Shown here: one piece after another, positions 41,815 through 43,266 of the stretch
Numbering within the stretch: position 1 is the stretch's first letter
Layout of the letters: each line of letters opens with the position of its first letter
Origin: an uncultured Candidatus Saccharibacteria bacterium
GTDB lineage: Bacteria > Patescibacteriota > Minisyncoccia > Minisyncoccales > RBG-13-42-11
Direction of reading: 5' to 3'
Length of the DNA: 43,266 nt
NCBI GenBank assembly: GCA_964481125.1
Contig: CAYZSL010000004.1
Location: 1-43,266, forward strand
Position numbers and translations under genes: made by a program
Notes under the pieces: generated by a model
Seen by the model: only the letters and a program-made list of their open reading frames with translations
What the model was told of the DNA's origin: nothing
Database searches by the model: none

Positions 41815-43266
41815 TTAGTTATTTTTTAATATGTAATCTTTCAAATATGCGGTTGCCTTACAATCTTCTTCATTATATTTTAATATTTTTTCCTTCATTC
41901 CCTTCTCTCCATTAATAAATCTAGAAAACCATTCAATTGAATTCGCACCACCAGCATCTTTGGCAGACCATTTAAATCCTGTAAATTTACATATAGATTT
42001 TAATCCATAACTAGTTAACGGCCAGTCAGAATCACGTTGTATTATTTTATATAAATCTACAGAATTTTTTTCAAAATCTCCTACAATTTCTTGATCTAAA
42101 TTATATTTCTTTTGCAATCTTCTAAGGATAGATATTTCGTGAGCGGAATAATGATAAACTGGAACATTTTTATTTTTTTTAAGAAAATCCCATAATTTCT
42201 TTGCTATGCCCTCTTCTCCATCTATGCCATCAGCCATTAAGCATTCGTAATGGTCACGACTGCTTGATAAGTCTCTCATCCAAAATCCAAATAAATAAGT
42301 GATATCTTGAGTTGGATCGTCTTCTATATCAAAATGTATTTCTTTTTGCGATTCCGGAAAGTTTATTTTCGAATAAAAAACCTCTTTCCCTTTCTCGTGG
42401 ACCTGTGCTCTTTTGTATAGATTTGAAAAACTTTTTTCAGCAAAACCATTAAAGTGACCTTGTTTTTTTAGAGCTGGTAATTCTTTTAGCCATTCTACTA
42501 ATGGTTTAGCGAGTAAGTCTTTAATCTCTTTAATTCCATATTTTTGCAATTCGTATTTATTTTCTCCCACATAGAATAGTAATGATAAATCTTTTTTCTT
42601 TTTTGCCCAATCATTACAGTAAGTCTGCCATCTACATAAATCGCATTTCCCACCAATCGTTGGCTGATATACCTCTCTTCCTTTTACCATTAATATTATT
42701 TCCTCTTTTATTCTAGAAAATTTATCACTATTAAAATCTGTTTTGTAATCCAATTCTTCTTGACTAATATTAATTATTTTACCAAATTCAGGATTAAACT
42801 CTTGTATTTTACTTAAAAGAAAATTATAAAAATTTAATTGAAATAAATAAGATTCTTTGATTTTTCCATCGTCAAAATTATCTCCTTCATATCCCCTTCC
42901 GGCCTTGATATCTACGGGTATATAATAGTAATTTCCAAATTTTGATTTACCGCTTATCCGCTCTAATAAATCTGGCCTACCGATAAAATCATTTACTATT
43001 AAAACCCCTTGATATATATAATCTTTTCCTTCTTTCATCAATTTAAGTGTTTCATTAAAAGTTTCTGTCCCGGCTGGTTTGTCTCTACTTACTTCTATAA
43101 AAGACTTTCCTTTTCTTTTTATATATGACTCTATGATCTTTTCTTCGTGCTGTGCCCCTCTATCCCATAAAAGTTTCACAAAATCAGATATCTTGTCCCT
43201 TAAATTTAGGTCACCATTTTTATTTAAAAAAACACAATACTTACATTTAGTATAATCGTAAAAATC
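41815..43266 (-). CDS. TM0106-family RecB-like nuclease (Cas4-like PD-(D/E)XK plus RNase H-like exonuclease domain), N-terminus outside the window
   Basis: The frame stays open to the window edge (DFYDYTKCKYCVFLNK...). Cys cluster GGKCDLCRWQTYC, and an RNase H-like IHFDIEDDP...YHYSAHE...YNEEDC. Confidence 0.8.
   Translation of the reverse strand, partial: DFYDYTKCKYCVFLNKNGDLNLRDKISDFVKLLWDRGAQHEEKIIESYIKRKGKSFIEVSRDKPAGTETFNETLKLMKEGKDYIYQGVLIVNDFIGRPDLLERISGKSKFGNYYYIPVDIKAGRGYEGDNFDDGKIKESYLFQLNFYNFLLSKIQEFNPEFGKIINISQEELDYKTDFNSDKFSRIKEEIILMVKGREVYQPTIGGKCDLCRWQTYCNDWAKKKKDLSLLFYVGENKYELQKYGIKEIKDLLAKPLVEWLKELPALKKQGHFNGFAEKSFSNLYKRAQVHEKGKEVFYSKINFPESQKEIHFDIEDDPTQDITYLFGFWMRDLSSSRDHYECLMADGIDGEEGIAKKLWDFLKKNKNVPVYHYSAHEISILRRLQKKYNLDQEIVGDFEKNSVDLYKIIQRDSDWPLTSYGLKSICKFTGFKWSAKDAGGANSIEWFSRFINGEKGMKEKILKYNEEDCKATAYLKDYILKNN

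Overview
AT-rich, gene-dense fragment, probably from a Candidate Phyla Radiation (Patescibacteria/Parcubacteria-like) genome. That placement is inferred from the 16S 5' end, the very short EF-Ts, the minimal Suf system and the small fermentative gene set. About 90% of genes are on the minus strand. Core blocks: 16S rRNA 5' end, a NUMOD3/PD-(D/E)XK endonuclease, tRNA-Thr, tsf-rpsB, rpmE-prfA (1-4.5 kb). Next is a tightly overlapping acs-ppsA-pfkB-fba-rplY-transglycosylase operon (4.5-12.6 kb). Then gap plus a thiol-redox cluster, ZIP-mnmA-sufBD-sufC-rrf2, gpm-eno-trxB, ftsZ, rlmE (21.4-34 kb). Two accessory regions stand out. (1) 12.6-21.4 kb, between acs and gap, is an array of about 11 single-gene units, each with its own promoter and terminator. 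The units are separated by a recurring ~40-nt intergenic element with conserved ends and a variable centre, by near-identical 80-90-nt flank blocks, and by two orphan tRNA 3' fragments. It looks like a cassette-accretion platform, but it is not a canonical integron and no recombinase is visible. (2) 37.5-41.2 kb is a visibly GC-richer island of Shine-Dalgarno-led genes, including a CYTH/P-loop NTPase fusion and a tandem-domain protein. It sits next to a MazG-like gene, a CYTH remnant, a histidine phosphatase and a TM0106 RecB-like nuclease. At 11 gene starts a -10 box lies 5-6 nt before the ATG with no SD, predicting leaderless mRNAs. All functions are inferred by eye from motifs; no database search was possible.
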